Source: a virus. From it: DNA of 64,000 nt. How positions within the stretch are numbered: position 1 is the first letter of the stretch; every line of letters begins with the position of its first letter. Below the pieces are notes generated by a model. The model was not told the DNA's origin. It did not search any database and was given only the letters and a program-made list of their open reading frames with translations. Of this stretch, positions 48,759 to 58,902 are shown piece by piece. Position numbers and translations under genes: made by a program. The stretch is from the IMG/VR virus record IMGVR_UViG_3300047546_001496, positions 31,379 through 95,378 of that record; one strand, given 5' to 3'.

Positions 48759-49628
48759 TTATACCATAATACTGTGTATGAGTTCTGCTAAGTGTAAATG
48801 ATAATGAAGCCCAAGATGGCTATTATCTGCTGCAAAATCAAAACCTTCATTATTTTTAAATTCATTATGACAGTCATATTTTTTCAAATAATCTGGGTTA
48901 AAAAAATTTACCTCAAAATAGTTTTTAGGATTTGTTAAATCTAAAAAAGGTTTTACTTGATATCCTTTTTGTATTTCATATGTTGACCAATATAACTTTA
49001 TATTATTTGATTCACAATATTGAATTAACATCTGAATAAACATAAAATTATAAAATACTGAAAACTCTCTTGGCAATATATAGTCTAAGTTATATGGTGC
49101 TTTTGCATATTTTAAAATATTTTTATTATCAAAAAAATGTTGAAATATTTCATGTCCATCTTTATTTTTTTCTTTTTCTTTCATTAAAATGTTTTTTATT
49201 TTAGGGGCTTCAAGTCTAAATACTGGTAAAAAAGCAACAATATACTCAGGATTATAAAATTCTTTAAAAAATTGAAATGCTTTTATTATTTGTGATTGGG
49301 CAGAATCACCAGGCGTTCCAAGATTTATATAATCAAGATTTAATTTTTTAGATAATATATTTGGCCAAGTACTTTCAATATTTGACCCTACCCCATAAGT
49401 ATTAGAACAACCTAAAAACATTATTTTTTGATTATTAAATTCATCACACCTATATCCATAAGAATTATGAGTATAATCAACATGATAAGAATGATTGTCT
49501 GCCCACACTGGTTTAGCATTTTTGTCATATGGTGAATTATCTTCGTTGAAATTAAATATATGACTCATTTCTTTTAAAGATCTATTGTATAGATATTTAT
49601 ATTTTAAATCAACTTCATCTTGAGCCAT
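48759..49628 (-). CDS. SGNH-hydrolase-like protein
   Basis: GYRCDEF, FLGCSNTYG, NLG.PG, D.SH.G. Confidence 0.65.
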   Translation of the reverse strand: MAQDEVDLKYKYLYNRSLKEMSHIFNFNEDNSPYDKNAKPVWADNHSYHVDYTHNSYGYRCDEFNNQKIMFLGCSNTYGVGSNIESTWPNILSKKLNLDYINLGTPGDSAQSQIIKAFQFFKEFYNPEYIVAFLPVFRLEAPKIKNILMKEKEKNKDGHEIFQHFFDNKNILKYAKAPYNLDYILPREFSVFYNFMFIQMLIQYCESNNIKLYWSTYEIQKGYQVKPFLDLTNPKNYFEVNFFNPDYLKKYDCHNEFKNNEGFDFAADNSHLGLHYHLHLAELIHSIMV

Positions 49629-49629
49629 A

Positions 49630-51060
49630 CTATATTTCTCCCATTATGATTTTACTATTATACTCTTTTTCCCAATTAAGTATATCATTATGATCATTTA
49701 ACAATGGTTGCCCTTTAATGTTTAAACTTGTATTAAGTAATACTGGGACTCCAGTCTGAAGATAAAATTTGTTTAGAACTCTCCACAAACCGTAATGTTG
49801 TTCCTTGGTAACTGTTTGGACTCTTGATGTTCCATCTGCATGCACAACCGATGGTATTTTTTCTGGTTGCAAACATTTAACTGTATATTGCATATACGGA
49901 CTTTCATAGTCCATATCAAACCATCTAGATGCATGTTCTGCCATGACAACTGGAGCAAATGGTCTAAATAATTCTCTTTGTTTAATCTTATTTACTTTAT
50001 CTTTAATATTTGGATCTCTAGGATCTGCAAGTATACTTCTGTTTCCTAACGCTCTTGGACCATATTCGGCTCTTCCTGATGCCACTGCTACAATTCCATC
50101 TCTTAATATACCGTCCACAATTTCTTGAATTGGATATTTTCCCCCAAGATCATGACCAAGGTACGGAGTCTTCCACTCTATGTGTTTTCCATATAATGCT
50201 GCTGCTGCACCCAAAGAACTGCCAGCATCTCCTGGATTTGGCATAATCCAAATCATATCAAATAGATTCCACAGAGATGTGTTAGCAGATGAATTTAATG
50301 CACAACCGCCCATAAAAACAAGATTCTTTTTACCAGTTATTTTTTTTGCCATGATCATAAAATCAATCAACCTTAACTCATAAACTTTTTGAACTGATGC
50401 TGCTATATCAAACCTATCTTGTTCTGTTATGGGTTGATTCCAATCATTTATTCCTTGATGATAATTATATTTTTGATAATCTATGGATGAAAAGTATGAT
50501 TCAACCTTATGATAATATTTTTTCCAATCACCGTAAGCAGCCATTCCCATCATAATATATTCCTCTTGGTTAGGTATAAGGCCTATAAGTTTAGTAAATG
50601 CAGAATAAAATAAACCAAAACTGAATGGATAATTTTTCTTATATTTTAACTTTATGTTATTTCCTTCTCCAGCCCAAATAGTAGAAGTGTTATATTCTCC
50701 TATTGCATCTAGCACAACAATTAGAGCATCATTAAAAAAACTAGTGTAATAGCCTGCTGCTGCGTGAGAATAATGATGACTAAAATATTTGGTTGGAAGA
50801 TTCATTGGAAGTTGTGGCTTCCATTCCCCCAAACCACCCTTTAAAAGCAATCTAGAAGCCTTTAAAAGCGGTTTCTCATAGTATGCTATATGAGTTGGTG
50901 TTCCATAATTTAAAGCATCTAAATAGATTTGTTTGTTGTTGTAACAATCATTTTTTTGTTTACTATATCTTTCTGCATGCCCTGCAAAAAGTATCTCTCC
51001 ATCTTTAATTAAAGATATAGATGCGTCATGTGATGTTTCATTAATACCTAAAATAATCAT
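49630..51060 (-). CDS. Carbamoyltransferase (NodU/CmcH family)
   Basis: HD, ERYS..K, HHYSHAA, GPRALGNRSILADP, FRPFAP, H.DGTSR.QTV, LNTS.N. Confidence 0.95.
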   Translation of the reverse strand: MIILGINETSHDASISLIKDGEILFAGHAERYSKQKNDCYNNKQIYLDALNYGTPTHIAYYEKPLLKASRLLLKGGLGEWKPQLPMNLPTKYFSHHYSHAAAGYYTSFFNDALIVVLDAIGEYNTSTIWAGEGNNIKLKYKKNYPFSFGLFYSAFTKLIGLIPNQEEYIMMGMAAYGDWKKYYHKVESYFSSIDYQKYNYHQGINDWNQPITEQDRFDIAASVQKVYELRLIDFMIMAKKITGKKNLVFMGGCALNSSANTSLWNLFDMIWIMPNPGDAGSSLGAAAALYGKHIEWKTPYLGHDLGGKYPIQEIVDGILRDGIVAVASGRAEYGPRALGNRSILADPRDPNIKDKVNKIKQRELFRPFAPVVMAEHASRWFDMDYESPYMQYTVKCLQPEKIPSVVHADGTSRVQTVTKEQHYGLWRVLNKFYLQTGVPVLLNTSLNIKGQPLLNDHNDILNWEKEYNSKIIMGEI

Positions 51061-51213
51061 AGTTTAATATATAAAGGTGTCCTTATCCTTTTTTCTGAAA
51101 AATTTTTTAATTTTATAATAAACTATATAAATATAATATCGAAATTTCATATATTCTCCTTAAAAATAAAACAGGGATGCTCATAAGAACATCCCCATTT
51201 TATCATAATGACC

Positions 51214-51492
51214 TTAAGCCATATTTGCTGGCTTACCGCCACCGCCAGATTTCTTTTTAGCGGGAGCCTTTTTTCTCAATTTCTTAAGTTCTGCTTCTGC
51301 TCTATCTGCAATAATGCCGAAAGCAGGATCTTTTGGATTAACTGCACGAAGTCCTGGACCTACTACTGCAATCAATGCAACAAGAAGAATGTCCTTTGGA
51401 TCATTATTTCCTTGTGAAAATGCATATGCTGCAGTTGCTGCAAATGTACGACCATACGAAGCAAGCATCTTTTTTAGTTGTTCTGTGTTCAT
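51214..51492 (-). CDS. Small membrane protein, holin-like
   Basis: SYGR.F...LRA.NP.D.AFG and a basic tail. Confidence 0.6.
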   Translation of the reverse strand: MNTEQLKKMLASYGRTFAATAAYAFSQGNNDPKDILLVALIAVVGPGLRAVNPKDPAFGIIADRAEAELKKLRKKAPAKKKSGGGGKPANMA

Positions 51493-51501
51493 TTTTTCCT
51501 C

Positions 51502-51660
51502 CTAGGATGTGAACCTTGTTATGGCATAGTAACCTAGCCATAGTCCAATTATACCAGCAACTCCAGCAAAGGCTGGGGGTGCAGGAACTGGAAGTTTAAA
51601 TGCTGCAAATGCAATACCGCAACCGAGTCCTGTTAATACTGAAAATATTACTTCTTTCAT
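51502..51660 (-). CDS. XapX/DUF1427-like membrane peptide
   Basis: G...G..F...KLPVPAPP..AG..GI.G.WLGY. Confidence 0.75.
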   Translation of the reverse strand: MKEVIFSVLTGLGCGIAFAAFKLPVPAPPAFAGVAGIIGLWLGYYAITRFTS

Positions 51661-51854
51661 TTTTCTCCTTTATTAAAGTTTGGATGATCTATTGGTGTTG
51701 CTACTGTAAGTAATGTTCCACATTTAGCACACTCGCCATCCAACATATATAGACCTAACTCATAATCAGATTGATCAATTTTTACATTTACTTTAAGTAA
51801 ATCAAATCCACACTCAGGGCATACTGGTGTTGGAATTCCTCTTGCATTAATCAT
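51657..51854 (-). CDS. Small Zn-ribbon protein
   Basis: CPECG...CAKCG. Confidence 0.6.
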   Translation of the reverse strand: MINARGIPTPVCPECGFDLLKVNVKIDQSDYELGLYMLDGECAKCGTLLTVATPIDHPNFNKGEK

Positions 51855-52227
51855 TTGGAATATCTTCTGGAAACATTTTTTGCAATTTAGCAAAAGCAGA
51901 TCTAAACCTGATAATAGAAAGGTCGCTTGGATTTTCTAAATCAAATTCAATTTCATTTTTATATTCTATTAATGCTTTGTGAAGATCTTCTATGTATTTA
52001 AAAGCATCTTCTCTTGTTTGTGTTAAAAAAGAAATCAAATGTTCTTTTTCTACTAAGGCATCTCCATTAAAACCTTCTCTTAAAACTTCGATGTCTTCTA
52101 TTGTTTGTCCTAGCAACATCATCAATTCTAAATTTTTATTTTTTAATCTTAATAAAACTATGCTAACAAAACAAATGGTTATGGTTGCTAATGCAAAAAT
52201 TAAAAACTCAGACATTTCTGCCCTCAT
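51847..52227 (-). CDS. Membrane-anchored hypothetical protein
   Basis: N-terminal TM; FL..TRE.AF.YIE. Confidence 0.6.
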   Translation of the reverse strand: MRAEMSEFLIFALATITICFVSIVLLRLKNKNLELMMLLGQTIEDIEVLREGFNGDALVEKEHLISFLTQTREDAFKYIEDLHKALIEYKNEIEFDLENPSDLSIIRFRSAFAKLQKMFPEDIPND

Positions 52228-52693
52228 GTGTTACCCAATAATATTTACATGTAGAACAGCAAGGGCTATTATAAATGCTATGCTTGGCATAACCAAATTT
52301 AGCATAAAATAAAGGATCCTTATCAAACAAACTAGCCTTATGTGTAGTTACTACACGCATAAGTTTTGTAGAATCTGACCAAAACGATGGCTTATTATCT
52401 CCCCATGTGTCCCAGCATTGATCTTTTAGTTTATTAAGGTTTGCTTCATTGTTTTCTGTACGAATACCTCGCCCACGAGCCTCACGAATCATAGCCTGTA
52501 CATACTGCCATAAGCCACGCTCATAACCTTTCCACATAAGAACTGCAGGATGATTACGCCAGCCACCAGTTGGGGATTTGCCAGAAAGAACATTAAGAAT
52601 CTGATAACACTCAAGAATCTGCTTGTTAAGGCGCTTGCTATCTAACATACTAGCAGCAATATTTGCATTTGCGGATGGTAAAAATGTTTGCAT
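52208..52693 (-). CDS. Pyrimidine-dimer glycosylase/DenV-like protein (MSMEG_6728 family)
   Basis: MQTFLP...LD.KRL.KQ..E..QI...GW.NHPAV.MW.G. Confidence 0.85.
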   Translation of the reverse strand: MQTFLPSANANIAASMLDSKRLNKQILECYQILNVLSGKSPTGGWRNHPAVLMWKGYERGLWQYVQAMIREARGRGIRTENNEANLNKLKDQCWDTWGDNKPSFWSDSTKLMRVVTTHKASLFDKDPLFYAKFGYAKHSIYNSPCCSTCKYYWVTHEGRNV

Positions 52694-52842
52694 TATAAAT
52701 CTTCCTCATCTTCTATAGTTTCAAATATATCAAAGTTTGGAAGTTTTGTCAACTCTTTTATCCAAAAACTTATTGTAGCCCCTAGTGCAAGGGTTGCAAC
52801 TAATAATAATACTATCTTCTTTTTCATTGGATTTCCTATCTA

Positions 52843-53127
52843 TTAGACCCAATGTTTAATTATAGCAGTTATGGCAAGAATTGTCCATAGGATATTAAAC
52901 CAAATAATTGTAGGCAAAGTCTTTACTGTTGCTGACCAAATCAGCGCAAGGCTTGACACCAACGCAAATATGTACAGCCACCACCACTGCTTGCCAAACA
53001 GAAGGCCTGGAAATATAATAGATATTTTTGTCATAAAAGCAATAAACTCTACAGTATTTGGTTTATTCCAATATTTTTTATCAAACATTGTTTTTAAGGC
53101 AGCATACCATTCTAATCTAAAACTCAT
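52843..53127 (-). CDS. Small multi-TM membrane protein
   Basis: Three hydrophobic helices. Confidence 0.6.
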   Translation of the reverse strand: MSFRLEWYAALKTMFDKKYWNKPNTVEFIAFMTKISIIFPGLLFGKQWWWLYIFALVSSLALIWSATVKTLPTIIWFNILWTILAITAIIKHWV

Positions 53128-54649
53128 TTAATTGCTCCAAAAAGGTTTTATGATTAATACATTTGGTTTGATTAAAATTTTGAATATTAATAAAAGAATC
53201 ATAATTATCAAAACCTTTTTTATATTTATCTGAATGCTCTATATATTTTTTAGCAATATCTTTATTTGCAACATTAAGCCCAAGTGCTATTATCAACCAA
53301 CTATCAAATCCCCAAAAAGATCCACCATCACGTTTATTTGGAAATCTTTGCTGCCATAAACTTACTTTATCTTTTATTGCCTCTGGAGCATTTTCATATG
53401 TAAATTTATTCCAAAACTCTGTATCTTTTCTTTGAGTCATGTAATGTAAATAAATAAATTCTGCGACTTCTGTATTCATTTTTATTGTAATTTTATTAAA
53501 TTCTTTTCTTAATTCTTCAGATTCTCCAAATAACCATTCTGGACTAGACAATAATCTATTCAACATATTAATAGTTACCCAGATGGAGGTGGCTTCTAAT
53601 GGCTCTATAAAGTTGGCTGCAAGACCTATTGCAACACAGTTATTAATCCAAGCAGTTTCATAACATCCAGCATTAAACTTAAATCCACCCTTGTCTTTAC
53701 GAGGATATGTTGGCTCGTATCCTAAAAATTCTTCGATTTCTTTTGCTGCTTGTTCTTCTGAGATAAGTGAAGAATCATACACATACCCACATCCAAATCT
53801 TGATTGTAATGGAATTTTCCACATCCAACCATACTTCATTGCAATTGCTTCTGTGTATGGCGGTATTTCTTCTGTCATCTCAATAAAAAATGGAAGAGCA
53901 GAGTCTACTGGAAGAAAATCTTTATAAGATTTCCATTTTGCATTAAATAGTTTTCCAATAATTAATCTATTAAACCCACTGCAGTCAAATATAAAGTCAC
54001 AATTTTCTTTAGTTTTATCTTCAAAAGATACACTACTAACATTATTATTTTGATCTAAGTGTATATCATTAATGGTTTTTTCTATAACTAAAATTCCACG
54101 CTCTATTCCTATTGACTTTAATCTATCTGCAAACTTAGAAGCATTAAAGTGTATTGAATATGATCCTAAATTTTCATAATCTGATTCTAAGTTTTTAGTA
54201 TTTAAATTTTTACTTACAAATGGAATTTGATTACTTTCTGAAATTTTATTTATAAAATCAATTTCTGAAAAGTTGTTATTTTTAATAATACTAGAAATAA
54301 TTAATGGATGTGTCTGTAATCCTCCAGTTGCTGCATCAAATCCAGACATTGTGTGTGGTTTTATGTCAAAACCATGATAATAATATTGGCCATCATTATT
54401 CCAATTAGTAAACTTTATTGCATTTTTAATAGTTACATCACAATTTTGTACTAAATCGTGTAATGATATATCTAATTTATTTAAAAAATCTATTAACTGT
54501 TTTGTAGATCCTTCTCCAGCACCCAAAATTCCTATATCTTTAGATTCAACTAATGTGACATTAAAGTTTGGATATATTTTTTTTACATAAAGAGCAGTTA
54601 GCCAACCAGCACTACCTCCGCCAACAACTAATATATTTTTATTTTTCAC
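53117..54649 (-). CDS. Tryptophan halogenase-family flavoprotein
   Basis: GGGSAGW, GAGEGS, DCSGF, WMWKIP, FIEPLEATS. Confidence 0.9.
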   Translation of the reverse strand: MKNKNILVVGGGSAGWLTALYVKKIYPNFNVTLVESKDIGILGAGEGSTKQLIDFLNKLDISLHDLVQNCDVTIKNAIKFTNWNNDGQYYYHGFDIKPHTMSGFDAATGGLQTHPLIISSIIKNNNFSEIDFINKISESNQIPFVSKNLNTKNLESDYENLGSYSIHFNASKFADRLKSIGIERGILVIEKTINDIHLDQNNNVSSVSFEDKTKENCDFIFDCSGFNRLIIGKLFNAKWKSYKDFLPVDSALPFFIEMTEEIPPYTEAIAMKYGWMWKIPLQSRFGCGYVYDSSLISEEQAAKEIEEFLGYEPTYPRKDKGGFKFNAGCYETAWINNCVAIGLAANFIEPLEATSIWVTINMLNRLLSSPEWLFGESEELRKEFNKITIKMNTEVAEFIYLHYMTQRKDTEFWNKFTYENAPEAIKDKVSLWQQRFPNKRDGGSFWGFDSWLIIALGLNVANKDIAKKYIEHSDKYKKGFDNYDSFINIQNFNQTKCINHKTFLEQLNEF

Positions 54650-54881
54650 TTCCGCCCGCTCTAACTAACATAACCATAGAACCATTATCTTCAAACGCCT
54701 TTTTAACTCTAACCATATATTCTACAGCACGACGCTTATCTTCATCAGCCAAACTCATAAAAGATTTTTCTGAAGCACGGACAGTAATAAAATGATCATT
54801 ATCTATTATATCTAATGTAAATCCTTTTGGACAAAAATGACTTAATGATCTAAAGGCACGGGCCATTTCAGGTGTATACAT
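54639..54881 (-). CDS. Hypothetical protein
   Basis: ORF coupled to both neighbours. Confidence 0.6.
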   Translation of the reverse strand: MYTPEMARAFRSLSHFCPKGFTLDIIDNDHFITVRASEKSFMSLADEDKRRAVEYMVRVKKAFEDNGSMVMLVRAGGSEK

Positions 54882-55099
54882 TATTTTCTACCCCACTGTA
54901 TTTTATTCCATCCACGCTCATGAATATAATAAATAAATACTTTAACTACCGTCTCCCAAAAGGCGATGGCCCCAGAAAGAGTAGCATTTTGTGTTAAAAC
55001 ATAGGCTACGGCAAATGAAGATAGTGTTCCCCATATGCGATAACTTAATGCTTTAACAAATGATCTACTTCTTGTTACGGTCATCTTTTTCCCAGACAC
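54881..55099 (-). CDS. DUF2061 membrane protein
   Basis: RS.VKA.SYR...YY.HER.W. Confidence 0.8.
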   Translation of the reverse strand: MSGKKMTVTRSRSFVKALSYRIWGTLSSFAVAYVLTQNATLSGAIAFWETVVKVFIYYIHERGWNKIQWGRK

Positions 55100-55146
55100 C
55101 CCAAATTCGTTCTTCTACATCTGCAATCTTATTGTCCCATAATGGC

Positions 55147-55905
55147 TTAGATGCCCATTTCACGACGCTTTTGAGTCGCTGATATAGCCTCAATAGAATC
55201 TTCAAGTTTCACCTGCTCAATCTTATATCCAACATCTCTACCATAAACTATGTTTGTTATATTTGGCAATCTTAGTACAAGCGTGTCCTTAAAAGAATTA
55301 TCTTGTTTAATATATGTTGCAACTTCATCATATTTAAGTGGATCTTTTTCTGATGTTTTATAGGTATTTCGTACACCAACCAATACCTGTGAAGTTCTTT
55401 TATGTGCTTCTTCCTTTAAAGCCTGATGACCTTCATGCCAGGGCTGATATCTGCCAAGTTGCAGGGTAGTTGGAGCAGACCAATCAAACAAACCACAAGC
55501 CTGTATTACTGTGTCTACTTCTTGCTCTACAGTATACCCTTCAAGAATTCTGATATGAAAATTTATAGGATCTTTCCAAAGTTTATTAGTATCCTCAAAT
55601 CTGCCTTCTTTTATTCTGTCAACCCATACGATGATGTCTGCGAAACCAAATGCACTTCTAGTTTCATCATTAGGGCAAACAAAATCAACAATTACAGGAG
55701 CAACATTCTGTTTGGCAATTAACCTTGCCATTTCTCCCATACGCCTTGCTTGTTCGATTCTGTCGGCGGGAGTGAAAGAAAGATCTGAGTTAACTGTAGA
55801 TCTAACTTCATCTGCATTAAGATGAATAGCATTAATGCGTTCCTTAAGTGCTTTGGCCAGTTCAGTCTTTCCTGATCCTGGAAGACCTATAATCTGAATA
55901 ATCAT
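55147..55905 (-). CDS. cysC: Adenylylsulfate kinase fused to a HIGH-type nucleotidyltransferase domain
   Basis: GLPGSGKT, NAD.VR..DL.F...DR; C-terminal GRYQPWHEGH. Confidence 0.8.
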   Translation of the reverse strand: MIIQIIGLPGSGKTELAKALKERINAIHLNADEVRSTVNSDLSFTPADRIEQARRMGEMARLIAKQNVAPVIVDFVCPNDETRSAFGFADIIVWVDRIKEGRFEDTNKLWKDPINFHIRILEGYTVEQEVDTVIQACGLFDWSAPTTLQLGRYQPWHEGHQALKEEAHKRTSQVLVGVRNTYKTSEKDPLKYDEVATYIKQDNSFKDTLVLRLPNITNIVYGRDVGYKIEQVKLEDSIEAISATQKRREMGI

Positions 55906-56104
55906 TCAAAATCCCTCTGTTCCTCAAATATTTTATTTATATCTTCTTCCATTATATCAAATGGCCTATCATCATGATCTTTGCACACTGGCCTAATTGC
56001 ATACCCATCAGCAACAATAGTTATTGCAAATCCATCGCAATAATGACATTTAGATAACATTTGTTTATTTTTTTGTCTTAAAAAATCTAAGTATTGTTTA
56101 TTGT

Positions 56105-56395
56105 TCATTTGTCTTCCTCCAAGGTTAGATGTTGCCAAACATTGGCCCAATCCTGTGCTGTCTTGTGATCATTAAACTCTTTGGATGGATTACCAGCATC
56201 TAAATAAATACCGCCCCAAACGCCGTACTCTTTACTTGATACCCCTACAGCAAAACAAGTTTTTGATACTGGACACTTTAGACATAGTAAGTCTATTGCA
56301 GGCCTTAAAGAAATGTCTTCTTCATACTTATCAAAAAATAAATTTGTATCATAATCAAGGCACGATGCCTGATCTTTCCATTTAAGTTTGTGCAT
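56105..56395 (-). CDS. whiB: WhiB-family Fe-S transcription factor
   Basis: W...ASC...FF...C..CPV...C...YGVWGG. Confidence 0.92.
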   Translation of the reverse strand: MHKLKWKDQASCLDYDTNLFFDKYEEDISLRPAIDLLCLKCPVSKTCFAVGVSSKEYGVWGGIYLDAGNPSKEFNDHKTAQDWANVWQHLTLEEDK

Positions 56396-56642
56396 GTCCT
56401 AGCACGAACCTTTCTGGAATATCCCAGCCATTCCTACTTGGTTCGAATCTTTTAGACATATACCAATTACCCTTGAAGTATACGCCATGCTTGGAAGTCT
56501 TAGCCTTATCAGATCTATATCGATGAATAACTGTCCAGCCATCCCAATATAGTTCCTTGCTTTTTGCAACTACCGCTTCCATTTGCTCTAATGTTTGTAT
56601 AATCATATCTCTCCTAGTATTTAAATATTCCCACTTCAACAT
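56382..56642 (-). CDS. Hypothetical protein
   Basis: L.WDGW motif. Confidence 0.6.
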   Translation of the reverse strand: MLKWEYLNTRRDMIIQTLEQMEAVVAKSKELYWDGWTVIHRYRSDKAKTSKHGVYFKGNWYMSKRFEPSRNGWDIPERFVLGHAQT

Positions 56643-56964
56643 TATTTAATTGTGCCTGTGCTACTAATTTTGAATTATTTTCTTTTGGCTTAGAAAGATA
56701 AACAAAATAATTAATTTCTGAAAAATTTTCTGCAAGCCACGATGGTGCTACTTTAAACATTTTAATTTTTTTACCACGAGACTTCATGCCCTTTTCAGAA
56801 ACATTGGTAAACTCCATAACCATCTTATTTACATTTGCTGGTCCAGCCGAATAGATATAGAAGTACTCGTCATCTACTGGCATGCTTGACAGGGCTACGC
56901 CCATAGCACGGAGGAAAACCTGGTAGTCTTCAAAACTACTAGTTCCCTGTACCCCCACTATCAT
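56614..56964 (-). CDS. Hypothetical protein (SLOG-like start)
   Basis: IVGVQGT..F.DY. Confidence 0.55.
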   Translation of the reverse strand: MIVGVQGTSSFEDYQVFLRAMGVALSSMPVDDEYFYIYSAGPANVNKMVMEFTNVSEKGMKSRGKKIKMFKVAPSWLAENFSEINYFVYLSKPKENNSKLVAQAQLNNVEVGIFKY

Positions 56965-57361
56965 TTAAGTTCCCTTCTCGTAGACGATCCATTATGAATA
57001 TCATCTTATCTAATTGTACCTTACTCATGGTCATTGTGTCAACTACTCTTGTAGTTTCTTTATCCACTATTTCTCCAGACATATCGGCGGTATAAAAAAC
57101 ATTATCTTTAACCCAGTATGCCTGATCATCCATAATAATTACCTTAATCCTAGTCTTTTTCTCATGCTTTTGTGCCTGAGTTTCTTGCTTAGGCTTCTCA
57201 ATTCCTGGCTGTTTATCCAGGGCTGACCTAAGAAAAAGTTTATGACTTTGTGTCTTTCTGCTAGTTTCATTAAACTCATTAAAAATATTATATTTTGATT
57301 GAAGTTTTGAGACTATGTAGACGAGGAAAAATGAAAAAAGAAATCCAATATAGTACTTCAT
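56939..57361 (-). CDS. Membrane-anchored hypothetical protein
   Basis: N-terminal TM. Confidence 0.6.
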   Translation of the reverse strand: MKYYIGFLFSFFLVYIVSKLQSKYNIFNEFNETSRKTQSHKLFLRSALDKQPGIEKPKQETQAQKHEKKTRIKVIIMDDQAYWVKDNVFYTADMSGEIVDKETTRVVDTMTMSKVQLDKMIFIMDRLREGNLNDSGGTGN

Positions 57362-57373
57362 ACCACTATTATA

Positions 57374-57727
57374 CTACTGTCTTGAAAGATGTCTCTTAAC
57401 TTCTCTTAATGTATGTAAAATATCTTCATCAAGAGATTTAATTAGTTCTGGATCAAAAGCCTTTTTAGTCAATGTAACCACTGGATTTTCAGCCATTACA
57501 TTCATGCTAACCATACCTAGTTCCCACAACTTCATTATATGAGAGTCAAACATATTTGCTGCCTCTCTTGCTAGAACTGGACTAACATATTTTAACTTGT
57601 CAGTAAAATTGTATAGTAATTCTCCAGTATCTGGATCTACGCCTGCTGGCTCAATAGCACCACTCAATATTAAATCATCTAAATTCATTTTATTCTCCCA
57701 ATCTCCATAGCATGGCTTTTGGACCAC
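57374..57727 (-). CDS. Hypothetical protein
   Basis: GAIE.AG.D..TGE..Y..TDKL; similar to the adjacent upstream ORF. Confidence 0.6.
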   Translation of the reverse strand: MVQKPCYGDWENKMNLDDLILSGAIEPAGVDPDTGELLYNFTDKLKYVSPVLAREAANMFDSHIMKLWELGMVSMNVMAENPVVTLTKKAFDPELIKSLDEDILHTLREVKRHLSRQ

Positions 57728-57913
57728 GCTTGTCTAATCTAAACAAATGATCCTTAAATTGATCTTCTAACTCTGCATAAATATGTGGAGCAATTTCTTG
57801 TAGTTTATCTGTTATCTTATAATATGTCTTGCCAGTATTCAAATCAATATCAGCAATCTCTATAGCATTTTGTAACAAAAGATGTTCTACAAGTGCATCA
57901 TTTTTTGCATTCA

Positions 57914-58321
57914 CTATTTCCCAGACTTCTTTCTTTGTGCAGCAAGTGCAGCAAAATCCTTTACCTTGGTCTCTCCAAGATAACCCCAAGCATAACCATC
58001 TTCGATCATATGATCATTAACAGAAACAGTATCTCCATCAACATATAGCCATCCTAAAATACGACCATACTTTTCTGAAGAGTCTGGTTTTTCTGTTTTG
58101 ATTACTACAAGTTTAGCATCTTTTAACTTATATTTCAAGTACTCTTTTGCCTCAATACCTAAAGTTTTTTCAAACTTATCTGAAGTTCTTGACTCTGGGG
58201 TATCAATTCCAGCAAGTCTGACTCGCTGAGAAAATGAAACATTAAAGCCAAGATCAATATCGACATCTATCGTGTCTCCATCAACAACTCCAGTTACCTT
58301 TTTTACTCTATATTCATACAT
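57914..58321 (-). CDS. Thermonuclease (SNase-like)
   Basis: VVDGDT, RVRLAGIDTPE, KYGRIL. Confidence 0.92.
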   Translation of the reverse strand: MYEYRVKKVTGVVDGDTIDVDIDLGFNVSFSQRVRLAGIDTPESRTSDKFEKTLGIEAKEYLKYKLKDAKLVVIKTEKPDSSEKYGRILGWLYVDGDTVSVNDHMIEDGYAWGYLGETKVKDFAALAAQRKKSGK

Positions 58322-58339
58322 AGTTTTCTCCTTTATATA

Positions 58340-58900
58340 TTAAATTAATTCTTCGTTAGGCATTATATCAACCAATAGGTGTACTCTGTCGATGTCACTA
58401 TTATTGTCTACCCAATGAAACCTATGATTATTTATTTCCCAACATTCGCCCATTTGCATATTAACTCTTTCAGACCCCACCCCAAAAACCACATTTCCAG
58501 ATGTAATAATTGGTACATGGTTTCTTCTTGCTAACATTAAGTAGTCGCCAGCATCTTCATGTAATGCTACATCTTCTCCTGCTGGTAGTTTAATTAATAA
58601 AACATTTCCCCTAATACCATTATGAATTCTTTCTAAATCTTGCAAGATAGGTTCTAATAATTCAAGCAATTTTTCATCATTAGAAATCTTATTGGTTATA
58701 AACTTTTGCCCATGCTTCCACTGTATACTACTAGTGTACACATTGTAGGTATTGGTATGCTTATGTGGAGTGTTTGGCCTTTTCTGTCTACTTGTATCGA
58801 TCATCCACTCATCTGAAAAATTACTAATATAGTTATTAAGTTCTGTTACATCATATTGTGCATGTTTTTTAACATTAAAATCTTCTTCTGTTTTTCTCAT
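58340..58900 (-). CDS. Aspartyl/asparaginyl beta-hydroxylase-like oxygenase
   Basis: HED...R.H.PI.T...GE.WEINN...H.V.N....RVHL. Confidence 0.85.
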   Translation of the reverse strand: MRKTEEDFNVKKHAQYDVTELNNYISNFSDEWMIDTSRQKRPNTPHKHTNTYNVYTSSIQWKHGQKFITNKISNDEKLLELLEPILQDLERIHNGIRGNVLLIKLPAGEDVALHEDAGDYLMLARRNHVPIITSGNVVFGVGSERVNMQMGECWEINNHRFHWVDNNSDIDRVHLLVDIMPNEELI

Positions 58901-58902
58901 TT

